Below are positions 12,744 to 26,215 of a stretch of DNA of 64,000 nt, piece after piece. The notes below the pieces were generated by a model. The model was not told the origin of the DNA. It made no database searches and worked only from the letters and a program-made list of their open reading frames with translations. The DNA comes from Hypanus sabinus (taxonomy: Eukaryota), in the NCBI RefSeq assembly GCF_030144855.1, contig NC_082727.1:20460001-20524000 (forward strand), read 5' to 3'. Each line of letters starts with the position of its first letter. The first letter of the stretch is position 1. Made by a program: the position numbers and the translations under genes.

Positions 12744-14159
12744 TCACCCGCAGCACTCCCTCTCCCCCGGGCTCCTGCTCCTCGCTTCGGGCCGAGACAC
12801 CGGGACTTGCCGGTACTGGAAGCCGGACTCCCGGAGCAGATCAGAGAGCCGAGGGCGAGGTCAGGTAACTGGCACCTTGCGTGAAACTGCATGGGCCCCG
12901 GGCAACCGGCAACGCAAACTGATTGTCTACAGGCACAGAGCCAGCGAAGGGTACCTCGGGGACAGAGAGAGCCAGCGGTAGAGATGCAAAGAGGGAGACA
13001 AGGACTCCGCACTCACAGCTCTCGGCGTCAGCCAGCCCTCTGCCACATTGTAGACCGTCCTCCACCCAAGACCCTCAACTGGCCGGTTCCAAAGTGTCTG
13101 AGACGACGGGGGTGCGGCAAGTACAAACTGGGGCTGGGTGACTCACCAACCTTCAGTGAAGCAACTGGCCTGAGTGTCAGAGTTCCCCTTCACAGTGATC
13201 GCCCACATTCACAGTGAACCCCCACCCCGTCCACAGTACATTGAACACCCTTTCACAGTGACCCCTTCCCTTCACAGTTACTCTACCCCTCATGGTGACG
13301 TTCCCTTCACAGATCCCCCCTTAGCAATGATATACCCATCCTTCAGTGACTCCCCTCCTTTCACATTGACACACCCCTCCTTCACGTTGTCCCCCTCCCG
13401 TCACGATGACCAACCTTCATTCATAGTAATTTCGCCAACGCCACATTCTTATGCCCAAATTAAATTGTTTCAAACTCTTAATTTGCTGCAAGACATTTGA
13501 AACAAAACATATAGAAAAACGCTGGAAAGACATTGGTTCGGGTTGTGTCAGCGGAGAGGGAAACAGCTCACGTTTCAGGTCAGAAACATTTCATTGTGCC
13601 TGAAAGGTGAGCTCTGTCTCTCTCTCTCTCCACAGACGCTGCCCAACCTACCCAGTATTCCCAGCAACCGCTGGTTCTGCTGCAGGTTTCAAGCAGCCGG
13701 CTGATGGTTCGTGATGGGAGGTGAACTTGCTTCTCCGCCAGCGACACCTGGTGTCCGGGAGCGGCGGCGCAATGCCCTTGGAGGCTCGGGTGATTGTGGT
13801 TGCCAGACCACGCCTGGCGTTCCTGCCCGTGAGTGACGGAGGAGGAGGTTCCTCCTCATCCAAGACACAGTGAGGGAGATCGACTGTTGGCAGTTTACAC
13901 AAGTTCTCATAACGATGACAAACCGTGCCCGCTCTCTGCCAATGGCAAGTTAGTAAAAAAAATCCAGTTAGTAAGAGGTCCCAGTTCACACTTTAAACGC
14001 TAACACACTGAACCTATCCCTGGGCTGCGGCGAAGGGGATTAATTCTGTAAGATGTAGTGAGTACACTCTAAAAGTATATCTGAAAGCGCGCCTACACAT
14101 ACACACCCACACACAAACAGTATATAAAACATATAAATGTATAAAACGGTAAAATAGTG

Positions 14160-14165
14160 ATTAAA
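14160..14165 (+). promoter_or_regulatory. Candidate TLX1 polyadenylation signal (ATTAAA)
   Basis: Variant hexamer followed by a U/GU-rich tract; the first AATAAA I saw after the stop is at ~15218. Confidence 0.3.
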
Positions 14166-17084
14166 GTATTTTGTTTTCTGAAGGTCAATTTTAACTTTAA
14201 TCGTGTGTGACAGAAATCTTAAAACCTACGATGATTTCAACACACCAGCCCGCCCTTAGCTGGGATAAAACTTACAAGAAGGTTATGCACTTATGATAAA
14301 TATTTTCAGTAATCACCTTTCTACATTTCTTGTGTAAATTATGTCTAAAATGAGGAAAGTGGAGCCGTTTCTACACGATGGCTTTGTGTATTTGAAGAAT
14401 CTCGGGTTTATTTTTGTATGAATGTTGCTTCCAAGGACAGAAACTTCGCGGTGGAACTTTTCCCGTTTTAAGAGTGGACTGCTCGAGAAGAGAGCAAAAT
14501 GCACACCGGTCCGGTCGGTCTCTGGAGAGGGGGCAGAATATCCTGCATGTCTATAGCGCCACTCCCAGGCACCTGGCGCCTAAGGGTCTGTCCGCCAGGC
14601 AGTTTGGAAATGAGATGGAAAGATTTGGGGTGGGGCACATCGTCCTGCAGTCGGAGGAGGTCAGTCATCACCGGCAGGCGTCTCCGGGTCTCTCCCTCCC
14701 CCGCCCCCGCCCCCGAGGTGACACTGGGAGGCCGATGATGTAACCCGTTTTCCCCATCCTACTTGCTCGGATCCTGCAGGTTGTTCCAGACCCATCCCCT
14801 CTCCCCACTCCCACTTTATCCGTAGGGAAATAATGATAAAGTCATGCAGCAATACAGTACGGGCACAGGCCACCCGGCCCTGCCAGTCCATGCCGACCTG
14901 GGTGCCCACACTGCCAGTGCCAATTTCCTGTTTTTGGCCCATATCCCTCCAAGCCCCGCCTCTCTGTATGTACCTGTTCCTGCCTCGGCCACTTCCTCGG
15001 GCAGCCCGGGCACCGCCCTCTGCGTGAAAAAGTTGCCGCGCAGGTCACTTTTATATGCTACCCTCTCAGCCTAGATCTATGCCCTCTAGTTTTGGATTGC
15101 CCGACCCTAGGGAAAAACTGTTACTGTCCACCCTATCGATGTGATTTTACAGCTTTCTATGTGACCGCCCTTCTTTCTGCTTCTTTCGTAGGTTTATTCT
15201 TTCTTTATTCTTTCCAGAATAAAGGCCATTCTGGCCAGCCTTTCTCTCTAGCTCTAGCCCTCTACTCATTGCAGAACTTCTCTGCAGTCCTTACAGTTCA
15301 GCCATGTCTTTCCTGTAACAGGGTGGCCAAAACTCTACACAGTTCTTCCCGTGCGGCCCCAGCGAGGACGCAAACTTTAGGTGTGGCGCACGGGCAGTTA
15401 ATACGCGCCCAAGTTAGGACCCTCCGAACAGCGCCCCCTTTATCTACTTTGACAGCCGGGGAGCTGGCGCTCACCCCCGGAGACCCTGCGTGGTGAAACC
15501 GTGATTCCCGAAGGATACGGGACCCCGGTGTGTGGGAGTTAAATCTGCGCCCGATCCCGAAAGCACTTCCATCTCTGACCCAGCGTTTTCGTGATATCGC
15601 TGTTTTGTGGTCGGGTCACGGGAGTTGCGCGTGTGATGTTCCAACCACTAACATGTAAACAGTGTAAATAAAACAGAAGTTCTTTTTCTTTGTCCGTCTT
15701 CTTGTTTCTGAGTGAGTTCCGCCGGGACCGAATCTCCCCGCAGCCGCTGCCGGCGCGGTGTCGGGGAAATGGGGAGGGGGATGCGGAGGACATAAAATAT
15801 TTTAGAGCCTTCAGTTCACCCTGTTGTGCCGACCTTTTAACCTGCTGTAAGACCAACGTAAGCCTTCCCTCCCACACAGTCCTCCACGTTCCTATATCTA
15901 AGTGTCCCCAGTGAAGATGCCTCTACCAATACACCTGACAGGGTGTTCCACACACCCATCAAAAAAATCTGGTTTCTGACATCGGACCTGTACTTTCCTC
16001 CAATCACAGTAAAGTGATGCCTCCTCCTATTGGCCATTTCCACGCTGGGAAAAAGGGTCTGGCTGTCCACCGACCTCTGCCGCTTTTCACCACTATCATG
16101 TCACCTCTCATCCTAAAATCTCCAGCTCAAAGAATTTGACGGCTGAAACATCTACTGCAGGTTTGCCGTCTGAGGGAGGGTTCAGCTTTGGGGTTGAATC
16201 GAGGGTTGTCCTCACTCATTGTGTGTCTGAGGGATAGTGGTAAAAATACCCCCCCCCCATCATCCCCGGCACTGTCTGCCCACCACCACCCTTCCTCTCC
16301 GCCCCACTTTTCATGTCGGGTCCGGGTGGTAGAGGCTCTCAGCTAGGGAGAGTCGCACCACTGCAGCGGGGTGAGTCGACCGAGCCGAATGCCCCAACTC
16401 CCCCACTCACGGCGCCGGTCAGATTCCTGCGCCCGGACTTAACACAACGGAACTCACACCGGGACGGGGGTGTGGATGGCGGATAATGGACTGGGCTAAA
16501 GGAGGCCATTTGGTCCATTGCGGCTGAAACCTGAAATCTGACTGCTGTGCTCGGTTGACTGTAGGTCACGGTCTTGTATTTGGGGGAAGGGGTGGGGGTG
16601 CGGTCAGTTCCAGGCCAACTTCTCCAGATGGAAAAATGTCCCTTCTTCCTGTCTAATCCTCCCACAAAATATGTTAAACCACTGCCCCCGGGGTTTGACC
16701 ACTCTGTTAGTGAGATAGGCTCTTGCCGTTTATTACCTCCAAGGCCCTCATTACTTTATACGCCCCAACCTACCCTCTCAGTCTCCTTTACACACTGCGG
16801 TCACGAAGGAAGTCTGTGCAGCTGACCCATTTCCTCCACCTCCCATCGATCAACCCTCTTCACACCCCACCTATACCTTTTCCACAATTCCGATATCACT
16901 AACATACCATTTGCCCTTCCTCACCGACCCGAACTCTCCATTCCTCAGTAACACACCTTCACCCCATCCCCACCAACCAAACAGTATGCAGGAAATTTGA
17001 GTGTAGTTGCTATTACTAAGGATATGGTACTTTATAGGCTGAGAAGTCTGAAGTTATAGAGGTAAGTCTTGCAAGCCTTTTCCA

Positions 17085-19890
17085 ATTCGAAAGGTTGAAC
17101 AGGTTAGGACTTTATTCTCTAAAGCATAGACAAATGAGGGGAGATTTGGTAGAGGTATATAAAACTATAGATATAGATAGGGTAAGTGCAAGAGTGCTTT
17201 TTCCAATGAGGTTAGGTGAGACTAGAATGAGAGGTCACAAGCTAAGGGTGAAAGGTGTAATGTTTAAGAGAAACACGAGGAGGATCTTCCTCACAGAGGG
17301 TGGTGAGAGTGTGGAATGAGGTTCTATTTCAACATTTAAGAGAACTGTGGATGGGTACATAGATAGGAGGTTTATGGAGGGCTATGATGTGGGTACAGGC
17401 TGTCAGGGCAGAATAATAGTTCAGCATGGACTAGATGGGACAAAGGACCTGCTTCTGAGCTATAGTGTTCTACAATTCTGTGACAAGTCAGCTGGACCAG
17501 ATAGACTACACCCCAGGATTCTAAAGAGGTTGTGGTACCATTAGTCGTGATCCTTCAAGAGTCAGTAGGTGCTAGAATGGTTCAGAAGGAATGGAAAACC
17601 ACAAATATCATTCAACTCTTTAAGAAGGGAGGGGGATAAAAGACAGGAAGTAATAGGCCAGTTAGCCTGACCTTAGTTGTTGGTAAGATGTTGAAGGTAA
17701 TTATTAAGGATGAGGTTTCGGTGTACTTTGAGGCATTGATAAAATAGATCAAAGTTTGCATCGCTTCCTTAAGGGAAAATTCTGTCTGACAAATCAGATA
17801 GAATTTTTTGAGGAAATAGCAGTCAGGATAGACAGAGGGGTGTTGTTTACTTGGATTTTCAGAACTTTGATAAGGTGCCACACATGAGGCTGCTTAATAA
17901 GTTAAGAGCCAATAGTATTGCAGGAAAGTTGCTAGCTTGGATAGAGCAACACACACAAAATGCTGGTGGAACACAGCAGGCCAGGCAGCATCTATAGAAA
18001 GAAGCAATGTCGATGTTTCGGGCCGAGACTCTGCGTTCCACCAGCATTTTGTGTGTGTTGCTTGAATTTCCAGCATCTGCAGATTTCCTCATGTTGACTG
18101 GCAGGAGGCAAAGAATGGGAATAAAGGGGGCCTTTTCTGGTTGGCTGCCAGTGACTAGTGGTGTTCCGCAGGGATCGGTGTTGGAACTGCTTCTTTTTAC
18201 ATTACATGTCAATGATTTGGATGACCAGATTTATGACTCTGTGGCCAAATTCGCAGACAGGTGTAGGGGCAGGTAGTATTGAGGAAGTGGGGGAGTCTGC
18301 AAATGGACTTGGACAGATAAGGACAATGGGCAGTGAAGTGGCAGATGGAATACAGTGTCAGGAAGTGTATGGTTATGCACTTTGATAGAAAGAACAAAGG
18401 CACGGAGAGTATTTTCTAAACAGGACATTGGAGGTGCAAAGAGCAAGATTCCCTGAAGATTAACGCAGTCTGAGTCTGTGGTAAGGAAGGCAAATGCAAT
18501 ATCAGCATTCATTCCAAGAGGATTAGAATATAAAAGCAAATCTGAGGCTTTATAAGGCATTGGTTAGGCCCCGTTGTGAGCAGTTTTGAGCCCCATACCT
18601 GAGAAAGGATGTGCTGACATTTTGGAGGGTCCAGAGGAGATCTATGAGAATGGTTGTTCCCAGAAACAACAAAGTTTAGCTAGCACATGAGGAGCAGTTG
18701 ATGGCTCTGGGCCTGTACTCCTTGGAGTTTAGAAGAATGAGGAGGGGGATCTCATTGAAAACTATTGAATATTGAAAGGCTTAGATAGAGCGCATATGTA
18801 GAGGATGCTTCCAATAGCGGGCGAGTCCAGGACCAAAGGGATGCCTCAGCATAGAAGAAGGTCCCTTTGGAACAGAATTGACATGGAATTTCTTTAGCCA
18901 GAAGATGGTGAATCTGTGGAATTCATTGCCTCAAACAGCTGTGCAGTCCAAATCACTGGGTATCTTGAAAAGTAGAGGTTTTTGAAAAGGGTGTCAAAGT
19001 CTACGTGGAGAAGGCAGGGGAATGGAGTTGACAGGGATAATAAATCAACTATGATGGAATAGTGGAACAGACTAGATGAGCCGAATGGCATAATTCACCT
19101 TCTATGTCTCATGCTCTAATGGTCAGTGGGGAGGGGAAGAGGGAGAGGATGGTTGGTAGAGGTGATAGACACGTGGAGAGGTGGGTGGATCTTGGTTAAT
19201 TTATCATTAATAAAATAGATGTAATCACCTAGTTATGTTTCAGAAGGGGGATCTCTCGTGACAGTCTAGAGACACATGCATACTCGCACTTATTTCTGAC
19301 GCAATGAGTTCAAGAGTTGGAAAGTTATGTTGCAGGTTAGGCTACACCTTCAACATTGCATTCAGTTCTAGTCGTACTACTACAGGAAGGATGTGGAGGC
19401 TTTGGAGAGGGTGCAGAAGAGGTTCAACAGGATACTGCCTGGATTAGAGGGCATCTGCGATAGGGAGAGGTGAGACAAACTTTGGTTGTTTGCTCTGGAA
19501 CAGTGGAGGCTTGGCAGAGTCCAGACAGAGGTTTATAAAATGATAAGGGACATTGATCGAGCAGACAGACAACACATTTTCCACAGAATTGAACTGTCTA
19601 TAAGGTGAGAGGGGGTAGATTCAAAGGAGGTGTGTGGGGCAGGTTTTAGTTTTACACAGAGTGGTGGGCGACTGGAATGTGTGTGTATTATTTAATTAGA
19701 GATATTTAAGGTGAGGGTGGAAGCTGATACAATAGAGGCATTTAAGAGGATCTTAGACACAGGGATACACGGAGAATGGAGGGATACAGACCACGTGATG
19801 GCAGAAGATAGTAAATGTAATAAGCATAATTAGTTAGGCACAACCTTATGGGCCGAAGGGCCTTTTCCTGTACTGTACTCTTTTGTGTTC
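17085..19890 (+). mobile_element. Cluster of decayed CR1-like LINE fragments (RT region and 3' ends)
   Basis: Fragments translate to SGVPQGSVL...HVNDLD...KFAD and LGLYSL..RQMRGDLVEVYK; many stops and frameshifts. Confidence 0.85.
17945..18093. mobile_element. Fold-back element nested inside a CR1 fragment
   Basis: Perfect 28-bp inverted repeat AGCAACACACACAAAATGCTGGTGGAAC / GTTCCACCAGCATTTTGTGTGTGTTGCT; CR1 sequence resumes after it. Confidence 0.85.
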
Positions 19891-22800
19891 TTTAAGGCAT
19901 TTGCCTAGTTTGAGATGCTGGTCCAGTGGAACAGTCTGAGAACTGTCAGTGGCCCATCACTAGAACTGCTCAGTTTAGCCTCTGCTTACTCTCAGTCACA
20001 CCCCCTCCCTTTCCTTTCTCTGGTTTATTCTCCCAGTGTCGATATGCAGCCGAATCCTAACGGGAGGCGACAGGGCGCAGAGAAGGTCTCGACTGGCTTG
20101 ACTAGGTCTCCCTAACTTAAAAGCAAATGGGGATGGCATTTACCTGCTCACTTTGAAATTCAATCTCAATCGCCCCAGCCTTTCAGACGCAATGCTGTCA
20201 TTCCCGGGAGCAGCGCAGTGATACTTAACAAAGTGCTCGGTTACAAGTTGCCCAATCACTCACAATATGAGGCTGATTCTCAAAATAAAAGCGCTTTCAC
20301 TCCTGTAAGTTGTGAGGAAATAGGTTTCACCTTCAAAATGTAAAGAAGCAAGTTTCCTGCTATTCCTACTATAATTTTATTTCAGATCAGATTGATAACC
20401 CTCTCCACGCCGTCACGAAGCCACACGCCCGTTCACACAGGAACATGCGCTCACACACTCGCTCTCACTCCGCGCTTCCTACAATTGCTCACATTGACAG
20501 TGTCGGTGGCACAGAACAAGACAATATTTCACAATTGGTAATGGTCTGAATCTGATGAAATGTTAATGAGGTGGTTCCAGTATAAATGTCCTTGATCGCG
20601 GCGGCTCATCGTACTGCTCTGGGAGTTCGGATCGAGTTTCAGTGAGTCAATTGCCCGGCACCAGTACGGGAGAGCAAGTAGACTACACCAGGATTACTGA
20701 CTCCACCTCACAACTGGATCTGAAGTATCATTGCCTGAAGCTAACATGAATCCCTGTCTCAAATGTTTAATTTGAAAACATTGCACTTCCATTAAGTTGT
20801 TTTTTTCTCTCTCTCTCTAGATATTGATCACAAATTTAAATCTTGCCAGTTTTATCCTGTGCTCCGACGTTCAGTATTTAGTGATAAACAGTAGTGGAAC
20901 GAGCTGGTAGCAGAAGTGGTGACCGCAGGTTTAATTTTAACACTTTAAAGAAATTTCGATCCAGAGGGGGTGTGGAGGAGGTGAGAGCGTGGAATGAGCT
21001 GCCATCGGAAATGGCGGAGGCGTGGGGGTGGGGTCTGGTTTGGATGGGAGGGGTATGGTCAAGATGCGGGTTGATGGGACCAGGTAGGACAACAGTTTGG
21101 CACAGACTAGCTGGTCTGAAGGATCAGTTTCTATGCTGCAGTGCTCTGTGACTCCAAACAACCGCTTCAACCCCACGGGAAATGCTGCAGTTCGGCTCTC
21201 ATGCCAGCATTTCATTTGAGCCTCGCTTAATGTGGAAATGTGCCACAAGTTTTATATTGCAGTGAAGAATCTGATTTTCACTGAGGCAGTGAGAAACAGT
21301 GACAGAGTATAGAGGTTTGGGAATTCACCATGTTTGAGGGGCAGGCTCAGCGATAGGACTAAGCAGTGGATCAGAGCAGCAGACTGCTCTGTAGTCCATA
21401 GAACGCTACATCAGCGTGCAGGCACTTTAGCCCATGATGTACTGCCAACCTTTCAACCTGCCCTAAGATCATTCTAATCCTATGTATCCCTCCAATTTTT
21501 ATCAGCCATGTCCCTAAGTATGTGTTTCTTAAACGCCCCTAAAGGATCTACCTCTACCACCAACCCCCACACTCCAGGCACCCACCACTCTCTGTATAAA
21601 AAACCTACCTCCGACATCCCATTTATACTTTCTTCCAATTGCTTTAAAATCATGACCCCCCCCCCCCGCTATTAGCCATTTCCACCCTGGGAAAAAGGTG
21701 CAGGCTGTCCAATCATCCTCTGAGCTTGACAGGGGTGTTGGGAAACAGCATCAACAGCAAGTTACCGTGTACTGAAGAGGACAGGGCAGATTGAAAAGGA
21801 AGATTTTAAGGAATTGTCTAAGACAGTCAGAAAGGTTAAGGGAGGGAATTCTCGCTCAGTGTTCAGGCAGTTGAAGGAACCACCCACATGTTCAGACATG
21901 GGGGCGATTCACAGGGGAACTCGAGTGCAGATCTCCAAGGTTGTGTTGTTGGGTTGGGAAATGTAGAGGGTCCATGAAGAAATTTGCGGACAAGGATGAT
22001 TTTTTTTTAAACAGGGCAAAGCCGATGTTTCACAACTCAAATTGTAACCTTACCAACGCCAGTGAGAGATTAAAGTCAGTACTGGTGTTGATGCTGCAAA
22101 ACGCTATGAGGGAAGTGAGATTTGTCCCCAACTCATGGAAACACTTCAGTGATTCATTAAAGGGAGGTACCACCTCTCCTATCCAGGTACAATTGTCCTG
22201 AGACGTTTGCAGGTTAATGGCTCAGATACGGTGTGGGAGGGTCACAGAGGCATGCAATACCAGAAACAGGCCATTCAGCCCACTTTGTCCATGCCAGCCA
22301 TTGCACCTACCATCTAATTCCTTCTCCTAGACTTCCACACATCTCAAGTGTTCATCTAAGTGCTTCTTAAATGTTGTGAGAGTTTCTGCCTCGCCACCCA
22401 TCGCAACCCAACTTCTAATCCCCTTCAGGAGAAAAAGATTCTTCCTCACATTCTTTCTAGCTAAGTCTTCTAGCATTCATCTCAAATCCAAAAAACAAAA
22501 GATTCTAATGATGTTAGAAATCTTGAGCAAACGTAAAATGCTGAAGGAACTCAGCAAGCCAGGTAGCACCTATTGAGGTGAATAAAAAGCTGATGTTTCA
22601 GGCCAAGACTCTTCATTTTAAACCCATAGTCTCTGCTTTTAGACATCTCTGCTGAGTGGAAAATGTTTCTCAACTATCTACATTTTCCATCCCTTCACAA
22701 GTTTGCACTCATCAGCCAGGTCCCCCCTCACCCTCCTCCATTCCAAGAAAAACAAGCCTCTTCCATCCTGTGCCTCCTCACCATGGTAACAATCCATCCC

Positions 22801-24639
22801 TGATCGGACTGTACAGCCGAGGATGGATTCCAGCAGTCACGCCTGACGTTCCGGCTCAGAGGTGTTTAACGAGTTGGGAGAAGGCTTTCAATGTAATTTG
22901 GGGAAGCTGTCGGAGAATTGCTTGGAAGGCAGACAGACACGATTGATAGTTTGATATTTTGTATTGCATGAGCAAAGGATGGGATTTAATTCAGGAAGAC
23001 CATGGGGAAGCAATGGATGTTCAGAGAAATCCTATCCAAGCACTTCATGGCAAATTCTCTGCCCGTGACCACCAAAAACCGCAGAGAGATGTGGCCTCAG
23101 CTCAGCAAGTCACAGAACCAGCCTTCCCTCAATGGACACGGTCTGTATTTCTTGCTGAGTCGGTAAAGCAGAAAGAATAATCAAAGACCCCACCCACCCC
23201 AAGCAAAAGATACAAAAGTCTGAAAGCACAGACCACCAGGCACAAAGACCCCACCATTATCAGACTCTTGAATGGTTGCCTAGAATTACAAAATGCTCTC
23301 TTTATCTACCTCATTATGGCCTTACATCATATTTTCTGCCTGCACTGCACTTTCTCTGTAACTGTAACACTTTAATCTGCACACTGTTATTGTTTTCCTG
23401 TGAACTCCCTTAATGCACTGATGTACGAACAGTATGAAAGACAAGCCACTATACCTCAGTACATGTGACAATAATACATTAACTCAGCAACGTACAAACT
23501 TCAAATGCAAAGTTCCTTGGATGGAAGCACAAGAATTTGAAGACAATTTTAAATTCTGAAGATCGATGGTTCTTGGTAACAGCAGTCACGAATCTGTCTG
23601 CAGACGACAAAATCCAGCTGATTCACAGGTACCCTTTTGCGGAGAAGATCCTGGAGCAGGAGTTGGTCATTTTCCCTCTTCCAAACTGCCTCACATTGAT
23701 TGTCTATTTCCCTCCATAGATACTGCCTGATCCAATGAGTTCCTCCAGCATTTTGTGTGTATTGCTCAGGATTTCCAGCATCTGCAGGATCTCCCATGTC
23801 TCCTAAGGGACTGTGGGGCGTGGGAGAACATGAAAGTTGTTCAGAGGCCAAGGGTGACTCAATCAGATCCTGACGGAACCATCCATGAACAGAGTACAGT
23901 CGATGTTTCGGGCCACGACCCTGCATCAGAACTCAACAGATCAAGCAGCATTTATGGGGGGAAATAGACAATTGATGTTTCAGGACGAGACCTATCATCA
24001 GAGTTAAGTGTGTTGTGAGTTGCCCCTCCATCCCTTGTAGTTCAAATGACCATCACGATCAGAGAATATATTCACTGAATCACCCTCCTCAGTTGTCTGG
24101 GGGAGAGAATACCCCACTCGGACCAGCCTCTGAGAGAAGCAATTCCTCCTCATCTCCCTCTGTATTCTGAATCAATACCTCCTGGCTCTAGATACCCTGA
24201 CTAAGGGAAACAGTCCCTCACTCTCCACCACATCGATCCCCTCAGAATCTTGTGTTCAATAAGATTTACCTTGTATATCACTAAGATATAGATTCAACCA
24301 GTGCAACCTTTCTTCATTTGTCCCCCCACCACTACTTTTCCCAGGTAATCAGCCAAGTGAACAACCTCTCTACTGCCTCCAAGTATATCCTTTCCTAAAC
24401 ATGGAAACAGAATTCTGCAGGTCTGACCCCTATCAGTGGCAAAACTTGGTCTGAAATGTTGACTGCTTGTTCCCCTCCATAGATGCTGCTTGATCTGCTG
24501 AGTTCTGATGAAGGGTCATGGCTCAAAACGTCGACTGTACTCTTTCCATGGATGCCGCCTGGGCTGCTGAGTCCTTCCAGCAGTGTGTGTGCATTGCTTT
24601 AGCTAGCCAACTTCATGCATGTTAACTATTTGTGTTTTT

Positions 24640-26215
24640 TGTTCCCCTGTAACAAGAATCCCTCTGTCCCACATTTTGTACTTTCTCTCCATTTAGATAC
24701 TGGTCACTTTCCATTCTTCCTTCCAAAGTGGAGACCCTGACATTTTTCCCAATATTATATTCCACCTGCCAAAGTTCTGCAAACACACTGAACCTCTCTT
24801 TATCCCCTGTGTGCCCCTTCCTGCTTGCTGACCCACTTATCTCTGTAACATCAGCAAATTTAGCTGCGCTACACACATGCCATTTGTCCAGGTAATTGAT
24901 ATGGACTATCAATAGTTGGGGCTTCAGCGCTGATCCCCGAGGCACTGACTGCCAGTCTGAATATGAATGATTGACACAGACGCTGTTGTGTTTAGCCATT
25001 TTGATCTATCTGTGACACTTAGCTGCTTCCTGAACATCGGCAAGACATTCTGCTCTCTCCAATCAATGCCCTCCGGGTGATGCCCCTATCCCACCGACAG
25101 GCAGAAGAGATCATTTGAACATAGTTAGACATAGGACAGTACAGCACAGTGTAGACCATTCAGCCCAAAATGTGCCAACCTTATCCTGCTCTAAGATCAG
25201 TCTAACTCTCCCCTCCCACACAACCCTCCATTTCTTTATCATCCATGTGCCTATCTAATAAATGTCCCTAATGTATCTGCCTTACCACTACCCCTGGCAG
25301 GGTATCCCACACACCTGCCACTCTCTATATAAAAAAACTAACTCCGATGTCCCCCTCCAATCACCTTAAATTATGCCCTCTCATATTAGCAATTTTCACC
25401 CTGGGAGAAAGTCTCTGGCTGTTCACTCAATCTATGCCCATTGTCATCTTGTACAACTCCATCATCAAGTCACCTCTCATCCTTTGATCCAAAGAGAAAA
25501 GCCCTATCCTCATAAGACTTGCTCACCAATCCAGGCAGCATCTTGATAAATCTCCTCTGCACATTCTCTAAAGTTTCTGCATCCTTGCTATAATGAGGTG
25601 ACCAGAACTGAACTCAATACTTCGAGTGTGGTCTAACCGGGGTTTTGTAGAGTTGCAACGTTCCCTGTAGGTCCTGAACTAAATCCCCTGACTAAAGAAG
25701 GCCAACACACCAAAACTCTTTCTTAACCACTCTATCAACTTCCACAGCAACTTTGAGGGAGCTGTAGATGTGTAAACCAAGATGTCCAGTAGTGTCTTTA
25801 GTCCAACAATTTGATACATTGAGTACACATTGGAAGGTCAAATACCATATTGAACGCTGAAAGGCCTAGATAGAGTGAATGTAGAGAGGATATGTCCTAA
25901 GCGGAAGAATCTAGAACCAGAGGGCACAGCTTCAGAATACAAAGATGCTCCTTTAGAACAGAGATGAGGAGTAAATTCTTTCACCAGAGGATGGTGAATC
26001 TGTGAAATTCATTGCCACAGACAACTGTGCAGGCCAGTTTTTTGGGTATATTTAAAATGGACGTTGATAGGTTCTTGATTAGTAAGGGTATCAAAGGTTT
26101 TGGGGAAAAGACAGGAGAATGCTTTTGAGAGGCATAATAATTCAGCCATGATGGAATGGTCGAGCAGACTTGATGGATCAAATGTCCGAATTCTGCTCCT
26201 ATGTCTTATGGTCAA
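24640..26215. mobile_element. Decayed CR1-like fragments in both orientations
   Basis: Minus-strand ORF remnant SVPRGSALKPQLLIVHINYLD..AKFAD; 3' ends similar to other CR1 copies in the window. Confidence 0.75.
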
